From the IMG/VR virus record IMGVR_UViG_3300008262_006988: DNA of 64,000 nt; one strand, given 5' to 3'. This stretch comes from a virus. Below, in pieces: positions 10,948 through 19,811 of the stretch (the stretch's first letter is position 1; every line of letters starts with the position of its first letter). Both the position numbers and the translations under genes were made by a program. Below the pieces are notes generated by a model, which saw only the letters and a program-made list of their open reading frames with translations, searched no databases and was not told where the DNA came from.

Positions 10948-11544
10948 ATGAATAAAAAATTCGTAAAGCTTTATGAGAGCATTCGTACCCGTTATACTAA
11001 TGGCGGATTTCTCGCCAATGATGTTGTAAAATTTGCTGATGGCGCCTTGCGTGATCCATTTTTTAAAGAGGTCCAAGATGACTATAAGAAAGAAGTAGAA
11101 AGATATATTACATCTGGCGATACTTTACGTATTAAAAATATTAAATCTGCTATGCCAGCAGTAATGGGTGCTGGTAATACTGATAATAATGGATATAGCT
11201 TTAATGCTGAAGTATGCCGTGAAATTGCACCTGGTAGATTTTCAAATGATGCAATAACTGTACCTGTACATCTCTTAGTACGTGTGGATTCATATCCTAA
11301 TTTGCCTGAAGTACCTGCAAAACACAGATATGAAGATAAATCACATATCGATGCTAAACCTGTTAAAGATGAGGGTGAAGAGGTTCCGTTCTTCTCTCCT
11401 GGTAGAACGCGTACCGCGGATTTAGGTAATGGTAAAGATTCAAAAAGTGAAACTAATCTTTCCGGTAAAAACGTGAAGATACCAAGTATGCCTGCTAAAG
11501 GTGCAAAAGATCCTGCAAGCTATACTGCAGCTTATCTACCTTAA
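10948..11544 (+). CDS. Hypothetical late protein (candidate internal head protein)
   Basis: 198 aa with a late promoter; N-terminus MNKKFVKLYES. Confidence 0.55.
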   Translation: MNKKFVKLYESIRTRYTNGGFLANDVVKFADGALRDPFFKEVQDDYKKEVERYITSGDTLRIKNIKSAMPAVMGAGNTDNNGYSFNAEVCREIAPGRFSNDAITVPVHLLVRVDSYPNLPEVPAKHRYEDKSHIDAKPVKDEGEEVPFFSPGRTRTADLGNGKDSKSETNLSGKNVKIPSMPAKGAKDPASYTAAYLP

Positions 11545-11545
11545 G

Positions 11546-12472
11546 TTAAATCTCAGATAGCTTTATTAAACAGGAATAACAATTTATCTCCTGATCAATA
11601 ACAAAACTCGATCTATAGATATACTCTGCAAGGGTGATCAAGTAATTCTTTTTTCTTTCAGCATCTTGTTCTCTTGAATCAATAAAATTAAAGAGATCAC
11701 GCATTAACGCAACATAATCGCTACTAAAAGTATGCTCATTCTCAATAAGAACTCTGCGGATGTGATTGATATTCTTTTTTTGCACCTCTTTAAAGATTAG
11801 TTCAAGCGTCTCATCATTCTTTAAACTATCGAGTTTAAGAACACCTGTAGAAGAATTTTTTTGTAATTCGTTAATACATTTTCTTAGATCAGGGTAATTG
11901 TTTTTTATTAGTTCAACAAGCTTAGGTTTTTGATCATCAGCAACACTAATATTTTCTGATTTAAGAACTACAACACAACGCTTAAGAACACTCTCGAGTG
12001 TTGGTGTAAGGTCGAATGATTGGCATCTGCTCTGAAGAGCAGGAATTACTCTGTACTTGTAGTTTGCTGTTAGAATAAAGCGTGTTAACTTTGCATATTC
12101 TTCCATTGTATTGCGGAGTACTCGTTGTGCATCTATTGTGAGACCATCACACTCGTCGAGTATGATAACTTTAGTCTTTCCATCAAAGCTTCTTGTTTGT
12201 GCAAAGCTTGTTACCTTAGTACGTATAGTATCAATACCATTCTCATCACTTGCGTTAATGTATAGATATTGACACTGTAGAATGTCATTTACGATGATTT
12301 TAGCGAGCGATGTCTTGCCTAGACCCGGTGTACCAATAAAGAGAAGATTAGGTATTTCTTTCTTTGCTTTTACTGAAGTAAAAAACTCCCGTACAGAATC
12401 TGTGCATACATAATTATCTAATGTAGCTGGTCGGTATTTTTCACACCATAAAGAATTGAAGTCATATGCCAT
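11546..12472 (-). CDS. gp44: Sliding clamp loader, large ATPase subunit gp44
   Basis: LWCEKYRP, Walker A GTPGLGKT, INASDENGID, Walker B IILDECD, SRC motif. Confidence 0.95.
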   Translation of the reverse strand: MAYDFNSLWCEKYRPATLDNYVCTDSVREFFTSVKAKKEIPNLLFIGTPGLGKTSLAKIIVNDILQCQYLYINASDENGIDTIRTKVTSFAQTRSFDGKTKVIILDECDGLTIDAQRVLRNTMEEYAKLTRFILTANYKYRVIPALQSRCQSFDLTPTLESVLKRCVVVLKSENISVADDQKPKLVELIKNNYPDLRKCINELQKNSSTGVLKLDSLKNDETLELIFKEVQKKNINHIRRVLIENEHTFSSDYVALMRDLFNFIDSREQDAERKKNYLITLAEYIYRSSFVIDQEINCYSCLIKLSEI

Positions 12473-12475
12473 ATA

Positions 12476-12940
12476 TTATTTGCCTGATGAACCAAACCCC
12501 TTTTCACCTCTATCACTTTCAACTACCTTTCCCCATTCAACAGGCATATGTATATTAAAATACAATACGAACTGCGCAATTCTATCACCTTTTTGTACTT
12601 TATATTCAACGTCAGTATTATTATACAGCTTAATACCTGCATCACCCCTATATCCGTTGTCGATAATACCAGGATGCGCTGAAACACCGTGTTTAAATCC
12701 TAGCCCACTTCTCGATTCAACTTTAACCCAATAACCTTCTGGGATAAAAGCAAACTTCAACCCTACATTAACTACCGCACTGCCTCTTGCTGGTATTACA
12801 ACTTCCTCTACACTATAAACATCATATCCCGTATCACTCTCGTGATTCTTACTCGGCAGCTTCGCATCTGGATGTGTCTGCTCGAATTTCATTACCGGTA
12901 AGTATTGGACAACTTTATCTTTCGTATCATTATAATTCAT
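12476..12940 (-). CDS. dut: Trimeric dUTPase
   Basis: GYDV, SRSGLG, GIIDNGYRG, GDRIAQ and RGEKGFGSSG motifs. Confidence 0.97.
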   Translation of the reverse strand: MNYNDTKDKVVQYLPVMKFEQTHPDAKLPSKNHESDTGYDVYSVEEVVIPARGSAVVNVGLKFAFIPEGYWVKVESRSGLGFKHGVSAHPGIIDNGYRGDAGIKLYNNTDVEYKVQKGDRIAQFVLYFNIHMPVEWGKVVESDRGEKGFGSSGK

Positions 12941-12947
12941 GCACGTT

Positions 12948-12975
12948 ATTATAATTTTGCTGTATAAAAAATCAA
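12948..12975 (-). promoter_or_regulatory. sigma70-type promoter for dut-gp44
   Basis: TTGATT-16-TATAAT, 7 nt before ATG 12940. Confidence 0.75.
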
Positions 12976-12980
12976 CCTGG

Positions 12981-12988
12981 TATAAATA
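12981..12988 (+). promoter_or_regulatory. Late promoter TATAAATA
   Basis: Exact match, 10 nt before ATG 12999. Confidence 0.75.
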
Positions 12989-12998
12989 ATTTTCGCGT

Positions 12999-13469
12999 AT
13001 GGAAGACGAACCTAAAGTTACAGTTGAAGATTTACTCGCTCAATTACAGGCTCCTGCTACTTCAGAGAGACAAATCGAAGAGCCTAGACCACCTTTACGT
13101 AAGGAGGATTTAGAAGATTTTGTAATCCAAAAAAGCAGTACCCTTGTTGACGAGACTCTTAACATGATAACAAATGTTCGCGATTATATTACATCAGCAC
13201 CTGAAAGCAAAGATGTTTCTTCGATGGCTGAATTAATAAATGCTGCATCATCAGCTATCGAGACACTAAACAAAATTGTTATTTCAAATAAGAAAAATGA
13301 AACGTCTGTAAAAATTAAAGAAATGGATGTTGCAGTAAAGAAGGAATTACAAACTGCTGATGAAAATCTTAAAATAGCTCTCAAGAGAGAAGATATATTT
13401 AAGATGCTCTTTAAGGAAGCAAAGCCTATTGAAGGGCAGGTTGTTGAAAATAAGCAACTCGAAAATTAA
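12999..13469 (+). CDS. Putative terminase small subunit (gp16-like)
   Basis: 156 aa, helical. The pattern DLEDFV..SAPESKDVSSMAELINAASSAIETLNK..REDIFKML recalls T4-type gp16. Late promoter. Confidence 0.5.
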   Translation: MEDEPKVTVEDLLAQLQAPATSERQIEEPRPPLRKEDLEDFVIQKSSTLVDETLNMITNVRDYITSAPESKDVSSMAELINAASSAIETLNKIVISNKKNETSVKIKEMDVAVKKELQTADENLKIALKREDIFKMLFKEAKPIEGQVVENKQLEN

Positions 13470-16400
13470 CCGCCAGCTGACGGTTTACCTGATTTATCAG
13501 CTTTCTTGTATTTTTCACAGCTGAGAAATTGTTTAATAAATTTCTTCCCAATCTCTTCAAGTGTTTCTTTAAATGATTTGTTGAGTTGTTTGAGTAATTT
13601 AACAATATTAAACCGCTCGATAATTCTATTAACAAACCGCTCAACCATTTCACCAATTTTTTCCTTTACTTCTTTAAAGTCCATTTCTAGCAATGCTTTA
13701 ACATCAGGGAACGTAATAATTGGTAGCTGGAAGTTACAGATAATAGAATAAAGCTGCTCTTGCATTTTAATAAACCCTGTCAAGCTTGTTGGGGGACCAG
13801 ATGTAGCGACACTAGCAGCAAGGCTTAGCAGATCTTTAATTGAGCCGATATCAACAGAAGGTAATATAGGTGGCAGCTGTAAGTCATCAAAAATAAGGCT
13901 TGGATCGAGTACATCGATAAGCTCGGAGCTGGTAGGTAAGAGAGGACCGAGAGTCGGATCGCCTCCTAATAACCCACCGAGTTGGTTAATAGAGCCAGCA
14001 GCGCCGTCGTAATAACCGGTTATCGTCTGTGCAATAGGATTTTCAAGGGCACCGTCAATAAAGCCATCGTAATTTTTTTGTATCAAACCGCTTATGACAT
14101 CGTTTGATTGATCATTATCGAACATACCACCGATTAAAGTGCTTGCTGCATCCGCTAACCCTTCTGGTACACCCAGTAATGATAATTGTGCTGCAGCGGT
14201 AGCAGGTGATGATGTATCGAGTCTATTAGAAGCTGCTGTTGCTGCTGTTGTTGAGAGACGTTGTTGTATGGCTTTACTTGGGTTAAAGCCTGTTCTAACG
14301 CTCTTTAATAAGTAGTCTACTTTTTGATATACACCTTCAACATTAATAAAGAATGTAAAAATATCGGCTGTTTGTCTGTTACTGAACTTACCAGAGCCGA
14401 GACCGCTCATAAGAGAAACAACATCCTGAAGTAAAGATGTACCAGTTGCTGCTTGTTGTTGTGCATTGTTAAACCCTGGTGCTGTAATAGTTCCAGGTGT
14501 ATTTAACGCTAGTGTTGTGGGTGCAAAGTCATCTGCTTTAGAAGGGGTACTGGTTGCAGGCAGTTGATAGGATAAATCAGCGCCTGCAGGTAGAAGTATT
14601 GCATCGGTATCAGAAGAATTTTCTGAAGAAGCTTCATTCATTAGAGCGTCAATATCTACCACTTCTTGGTTGCCCCTAAAAGTTGTCGGAGCAACGTCAT
14701 TACTTGCTGTTGCTCCTGGTGATGGAGCCAATATATTACTTTGAGTATTTGTTGCGCCTGATTCTGGCCAATCAGGTAGTGGTGGTTCTACTATACTCTC
14801 ATTTTGTATTGCTGCAGCTTGTGATGCAGCTTGCGTTACCGCTTTTACGTTAGCACCGGCATTTGAATTAGCTTGATAAGAAGTACCAATACGACCTTGA
14901 GTAGAGAGTTGTGATTGTAGTTCTCTGTATTGTTCAACACTAGTGACGCTACCTTCAAGAAATTCAAAAGAAGCAGTTGTACCTTTTGGCATATTAAGGA
15001 ACGGTGTTCCGCTTGAGTTTCTGCCCACTTCAACACCAAGCCCTTGACTTTGCAGTGCACGGTATGTATTAGACCCAAACTCTCCCCACGTACGTTGCGA
15101 GCTGTTATTACCGACCCACTTACCTCCTGTATCATTACCAACGGCAAGTATTTTGTAACTATTACCGTTTGCATCTGTAAATGTAACAATAGCAGGTTGA
15201 CGTAAACGCGCTACGGGATTTCCATTTGCATCTAACTGTATTTTTTTAAGTGAGGAATCTAGCGGTATTGTATAACCGAGTATTTCACTATCATTGGGTA
15301 TACCGGATGCTGTTTGACCGAGATACGTATTTGAAAGTGTGGTATCTTGAGTAGTATTTCCATCATTATTAAACGAAAATGATGTTATTTGTCCAGCATC
15401 TTGTGCGGTTGCAGTTGTAGAGATATTGCCTTCTGCAGCAGCGTAAATACCTGTTTGACCGGATGCTGATACTGTATTGCGCGGTAGCACGACAGAAGAT
15501 CTGCCAGAAAAGTATTCCTCAATAACTGAACTTTGGGTAAGTTGCTGAATTTTAGCTTGAGCCTGAGCTAAACTTGCCATTTCATTTATTTCATTAACAA
15601 TACCTGCGGCTTGCTCTTCTCCTTTTAATAAAATAAAATCTTTATCTGATGCCATTGCTGGTCTGTTATCACGATAATTAAAGCCTGATTTATTACCTAT
15701 GTTACTCAGGTAACTAATGTATTGAAAAATCCTTGGATTTGAAATTACACTTACAAGTGCTGAGATTAATGCACCTATACCGGAATTTAATTTTACAAAT
15801 GTTGGTAAATCATTAATTAAGTTAACGCCGTGAGCAAGAGTTGCATCAACAGCTAGATTTGCAGTAACTGTAGTATTACCATATGCTACAGGTATAAGAT
15901 TACGTCTCATTAGAGCAGTATTAAATTTGCTCAAATTATACATTATGTTTCTTGTAGTAGGGCTTATTTTATTTTCAGTTGACGCTGAAAATGGAATAGG
16001 TACACCGTAACGTTCTTGTGTTATATCAATAAGTGGTAGTGTTGAATCAAGTTGCATGTACTTGGTGTTAGCCATAACACCTATACTGTCGCTTGTAGCG
16101 TCATTAAAATCACTGAGATCTGCAGTACCGGTATTTATGGGTGATACACCAATAATAGAAGAGCCTGCTTGTACGAGTGGATTATTTGCAAAGTTCTGTA
16201 AACTTGTAGCAGCTTCGCTTGCAAATCTTGTAAGTCCTTGCGGTACTATTTTTGATAAAAATCCTTGTGTAAATAAACTACCTGTGCTGCTATAACGAAC
16301 TATTTCTCTATACGAATATTTCTTTTTTACAACCCAATATAATATTGAATCATTTGCAAAGCTAAATGACTTATATTGACTTTCAATATTTGAAAAAAAT

Positions 16401-16606
16401 GAATTAAGTGCCGTTGCAACATTTCCCGCTTTAAACGCATTACGGAAATTTACAGCACTTTTTATTTCCTTCTCACTCGCTAATTTACCAAGACCACTTT
16501 TTAATTTTACAGCACCGTTATTTAAATATACAAGTGAACCGGTAACATTAGCATCCGCAATGTTTTGACTACCTATAATAACATTTTTGTTACCTCTTCT
16601 ACTCAT
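13466..16606 (-). CDS. Large tail/baseplate-associated protein with a possible DPBB (RlpA/3D-like) muralytic domain
   Basis: Coupled to the hub gene. Internal GQITSF...ILAVGNDTGG...GEFGSNTYRALQSQG segment; A/S/T/Q-rich linkers. Confidence 0.5.
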   Translation of the reverse strand: MSRRGNKNVIIGSQNIADANVTGSLVYLNNGAVKLKSGLGKLASEKEIKSAVNFRNAFKAGNVATALNSFFSNIESQYKSFSFANDSILYWVVKKKYSYREIVRYSSTGSLFTQGFLSKIVPQGLTRFASEAATSLQNFANNPLVQAGSSIIGVSPINTGTADLSDFNDATSDSIGVMANTKYMQLDSTLPLIDITQERYGVPIPFSASTENKISPTTRNIMYNLSKFNTALMRRNLIPVAYGNTTVTANLAVDATLAHGVNLINDLPTFVKLNSGIGALISALVSVISNPRIFQYISYLSNIGNKSGFNYRDNRPAMASDKDFILLKGEEQAAGIVNEINEMASLAQAQAKIQQLTQSSVIEEYFSGRSSVVLPRNTVSASGQTGIYAAAEGNISTTATAQDAGQITSFSFNNDGNTTQDTTLSNTYLGQTASGIPNDSEILGYTIPLDSSLKKIQLDANGNPVARLRQPAIVTFTDANGNSYKILAVGNDTGGKWVGNNSSQRTWGEFGSNTYRALQSQGLGVEVGRNSSGTPFLNMPKGTTASFEFLEGSVTSVEQYRELQSQLSTQGRIGTSYQANSNAGANVKAVTQAASQAAAIQNESIVEPPLPDWPESGATNTQSNILAPSPGATASNDVAPTTFRGNQEVVDIDALMNEASSENSSDTDAILLPAGADLSYQLPATSTPSKADDFAPTTLALNTPGTITAPGFNNAQQQAATGTSLLQDVVSLMSGLGSGKFSNRQTADIFTFFINVEGVYQKVDYLLKSVRTGFNPSKAIQQRLSTTAATAASNRLDTSSPATAAAQLSLLGVPEGLADAASTLIGGMFDNDQSNDVISGLIQKNYDGFIDGALENPIAQTITGYYDGAAGSINQLGGLLGGDPTLGPLLPTSSELIDVLDPSLIFDDLQLPPILPSVDIGSIKDLLSLAASVATSGPPTSLTGFIKMQEQLYSIICNFQLPIITFPDVKALLEMDFKEVKEKIGEMVERFVNRIIERFNIVKLLKQLNKSFKETLEEIGKKFIKQFLSCEKYKKADKSGKPSAGG

Positions 16607-18261
16607 ATACTTGTATCACTATTTAATTGATTCTTTAGGTATGTCTTTACACATCTTATATCCGTATAATATTCACCATTAATAAAATGATGTTCAACGC
16701 CTATAATAAAATAAATACCTAATATTTTGTTATCAAATGCACTCGCCTCTAATGCACCGTCTCTGTTTATACCTATAAAGCGCCCAGCCTGCCTGTGGGT
16801 TGAACCCGGTAGTCTAAACGTAACAGTAGCATTAGTAAAAATACTCGCATATAGTGTTTTGTTTCTACCTGTTGCAAGTCTTTGATCTTTTTCAGCTTCT
16901 ACTACAGAAAAAACATTTTGTGTATTTTTGCGTTCATTACGAATAAGACCGGGGTTAAAATTTTGTATATAGCCGCCTTTTAACGGGTCAACATAATTCG
17001 ATTTATAGACTTTTAATGTCTCTTCTATGTCACCTTTTTGTGAATCAATTTGAAATGTACTATTTTCAAAATTATAGCTATGTACAATTTTTGAAGTAAG
17101 TTCTTTTTGCGAAAAAACACCTGACATATCGCTAAAATTAAAATTACGTATGGTACCTATTCTTTCAAAATACAAAGACTTACTCGGCACCACTTCAAGC
17201 TTATACAGAAAACCTGCAACAGCTTCGTTATCAATTTGAGTAAACCCGCCAATTTTTACAGTTTCTAAATAAAGCGGGCCACCAGCATCTGCGCTACGTG
17301 AATAGCTATCTTTAAAATAATTCTTTAAGCTTTTAAAAGTAAATACTCTCGGACTTCTTTCAATACGTAAGAAGCACTGATCGAAATCACTTTCAGCATT
17401 TGATACATGTCTACTTAAAAGATAATTTAATGCATCGAGAGCTTTATATTGCGCGGGTGCTGAAAAGAAAGCTGATGTCCCACCGGCATCCCAATTAATA
17501 TCCTGTTCTTCTGTAGGTATATTAGGGGTTGGTGTTGCTGGCAATTGCGGTGGTAAAAAGTCTACGTTATATTTGTCGACACCAACTTCTGGATTATTAA
17601 ACGTCTCTTTTAATAATTCTTTTATAGCTAGACCAGTTTTTATACCTCTACCTGTATTTGTCGAATTTACAATATTTTTATTTTTTGTATATTGCGCTGT
17701 TGTAAAATATGTATTTTGAGTACGCAGCAATTCATAATAAAGATCCCAAAAATATAATTTCTTATGCTTTACGTCAGGTGTATCGCCTTCTATGTCTTCG
17801 GAATGATATATTGCAAAATCATATAACATTCTAAAATTTTCTTGTGATTGTTTGTTGCCTATGTTTCCAGGATTTGTAGCGTCAAGACTCGGCATTATAT
17901 CAACTCGTAAGATATCACGACTATCGCCTTTGAAGATAAATCCGTTCGAAGGTATGCTGCCTCCTGGCTGTGTACTTGGAGCGTATGACGGGTTGTTAAT
18001 ACTGTTGTAATACTGAGGTGTAGCAGGTGTATTAGCTCCCGTATAGTCACGCTCAATCATATCAAAAGTATTATCAATTACGATATACCCTTTATGATAA
18101 AAATTTTCAAAAGAATCTTCAATAACTAATCTCTTAATAGCAGATGGTTTTACTACCTGCATACGTCCTTCTAGATTAACAATAGATACATCGAATCTAT
18201 AATAGGTATTATTGATTCTATATACCAATGAATCGTTTGTTGGTAAATCAGGGTAATCCAT
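16603..18261 (-). CDS. Baseplate hub protein (gp27/VgrG-like)
   Basis: IKRLVIEDSFENFYHKGYIVID N-terminus; C-terminal VTFRLPGSTHRQAGRFI..GIYFIIGVEHHF; follows gp53. Confidence 0.65.
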   Translation of the reverse strand: MDYPDLPTNDSLVYRINNTYYRFDVSIVNLEGRMQVVKPSAIKRLVIEDSFENFYHKGYIVIDNTFDMIERDYTGANTPATPQYYNSINNPSYAPSTQPGGSIPSNGFIFKGDSRDILRVDIMPSLDATNPGNIGNKQSQENFRMLYDFAIYHSEDIEGDTPDVKHKKLYFWDLYYELLRTQNTYFTTAQYTKNKNIVNSTNTGRGIKTGLAIKELLKETFNNPEVGVDKYNVDFLPPQLPATPTPNIPTEEQDINWDAGGTSAFFSAPAQYKALDALNYLLSRHVSNAESDFDQCFLRIERSPRVFTFKSLKNYFKDSYSRSADAGGPLYLETVKIGGFTQIDNEAVAGFLYKLEVVPSKSLYFERIGTIRNFNFSDMSGVFSQKELTSKIVHSYNFENSTFQIDSQKGDIEETLKVYKSNYVDPLKGGYIQNFNPGLIRNERKNTQNVFSVVEAEKDQRLATGRNKTLYASIFTNATVTFRLPGSTHRQAGRFIGINRDGALEASAFDNKILGIYFIIGVEHHFINGEYYTDIRCVKTYLKNQLNSDTSI

Positions 18262-18264
18262 TTG

Positions 18265-18627
18265 TTATACAAGTTGCGTTTCTATTTCATTAAAAAGCTC
18301 AGGTAAATATTGTGGTCTTAAAATTTTTATTGTTGTACCAGATTCAGGGAATAGAAGCGGGTTATAGATTTTATTTACTAAGCAGATAAGCCACCATAAT
18401 TCTATAGTTTTATACGCTCTAAAGCTTATCATTGTCCATGGTTCTTTTTGTTTTGCAGTAATATAATAAATTTTTGTTTGATCAATTTGATCAGGTAAAT
18501 AAAGCGTTTGTAATAAATTGTAAAAATAATGAACGCCGTTATTTTTATAGATACGAAAGATTTTTTCGTATCTATATCTATTAAGTGCAGGTAAATCCTT
18601 TATTTGATTTTGAAATAACCCTATCAT
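18265..18627 (-). CDS. gp53: Baseplate wedge subunit gp53-like (LysM-like)
   Basis: EPWTMISFRAYKTIELWWLICLVNKIYNP...GTTIKI. Confidence 0.8.
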   Translation of the reverse strand: MIGLFQNQIKDLPALNRYRYEKIFRIYKNNGVHYFYNLLQTLYLPDQIDQTKIYYITAKQKEPWTMISFRAYKTIELWWLICLVNKIYNPLLFPESGTTIKILRPQYLPELFNEIETQLV

Positions 18628-18665
18628 TAGAATTATTTAACTAAAAACTATTAAATTGCGCCTAA

Positions 18666-19796
18666 TTATGTTTCTCCTGCTTGAACAACTTCTTGTTTTG
18701 TAAGCATGTGATACATAAAGTTACGTGTTGTTGAATTAAGTCCATGTAAGGTTATTTTAACCATATAAGCATCTGGTACTATTGCTTCTACCTTGTGCGA
18801 TGACGTAAGCTGACTTACAGCTCTTGTTCCATCTGTTGTAGTATCCACTGTTGTCTGTGTTTCAGCATACGGTACATCAAATATTAATCGACGACGTGAT
18901 CCTTGAAAATCAACAGATAAACTTGATATATAAGCGTATGGAAAGAATTTTACTCCTGGTATTTCAGCCTCGTAAATAACCGGTTGCTCAACAGTGTTGA
19001 TGCTTGTTTTACCGGGTCTGTTATTATACATTAACAAGAATATAAGCTGCCAATTGTTAAATACGTCATTAAAGTCTACTTGACCGGTATTTATTAATGG
19101 AAATGTAACAACAATATCTTCACCGTCGTCTGAATAATTAAAAAATTTAGACCTTTCAACATATGTAACTTCAAAAGGTCTATTTGTTGCTGCTAACATT
19201 TCAGTTACACCTGTAAGAAACTCGGAACCTGCTTGTGCCATACTGCCAAGTACGTTAGTAGGACCTGAAGAGCTAAACTGATTCTGTATACCGTCCCATG
19301 CATTTTCAAAGTATGGTAAGTAAAATTTCCATCCGGTATTTTCTGTTAAATAAAGATTTCTATATGGTACTAGGTAGGGTGAATTCCAAGCAGTATCGTT
19401 AGCGTTACCGGGTAGCACCTTGTCGCTTACCGCTGTAATAAGACCAGCACCTGTTTGTACATCACTAGCAATTGTTTTAAGCAATTTACTTGCATCCGGT
19501 CTGCTTGCAAGTTGTTGTGCTATCTCGTTTGCTCCGTTAGCAGTTAACCCGAGAGAGTACTTTAATTGCGCGATAAGAGCGTTGGTACGTAATCTCTTTT
19601 CAGTTAATTTTATATACGGAACTTCCTCACGTGAAGCAGGTCTCGGTGAATGAGTCCAATAATAATGACGAACAACATCAACCGGTAAAGGAAGCGGTTG
19701 TATTATAGGTAGAGCAACAGCGTCATTAACACTAGTAGATGGTACACCGGTTGCGGGTACATCAAGTGCACTCCTTCTTATTGACCATAAACTCAT
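18666..19796 (-). CDS. Baseplate-tail tube cap protein (gp48-like)
   Basis: Tube-fold pattern (FYLPYFEN; EQPVIYEAEIPG..AYISSLSVDFQG; PDAYMVKITL); lies between tape measure and gp53. Confidence 0.55.
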   Translation of the reverse strand: MSLWSIRRSALDVPATGVPSTSVNDAVALPIIQPLPLPVDVVRHYYWTHSPRPASREEVPYIKLTEKRLRTNALIAQLKYSLGLTANGANEIAQQLASRPDASKLLKTIASDVQTGAGLITAVSDKVLPGNANDTAWNSPYLVPYRNLYLTENTGWKFYLPYFENAWDGIQNQFSSSGPTNVLGSMAQAGSEFLTGVTEMLAATNRPFEVTYVERSKFFNYSDDGEDIVVTFPLINTGQVDFNDVFNNWQLIFLLMYNNRPGKTSINTVEQPVIYEAEIPGVKFFPYAYISSLSVDFQGSRRRLIFDVPYAETQTTVDTTTDGTRAVSQLTSSHKVEAIVPDAYMVKITLHGLNSTTRNFMYHMLTKQEVVQAGET

Positions 19797-19811
19797 ACGT
19801 AATATTATTTA

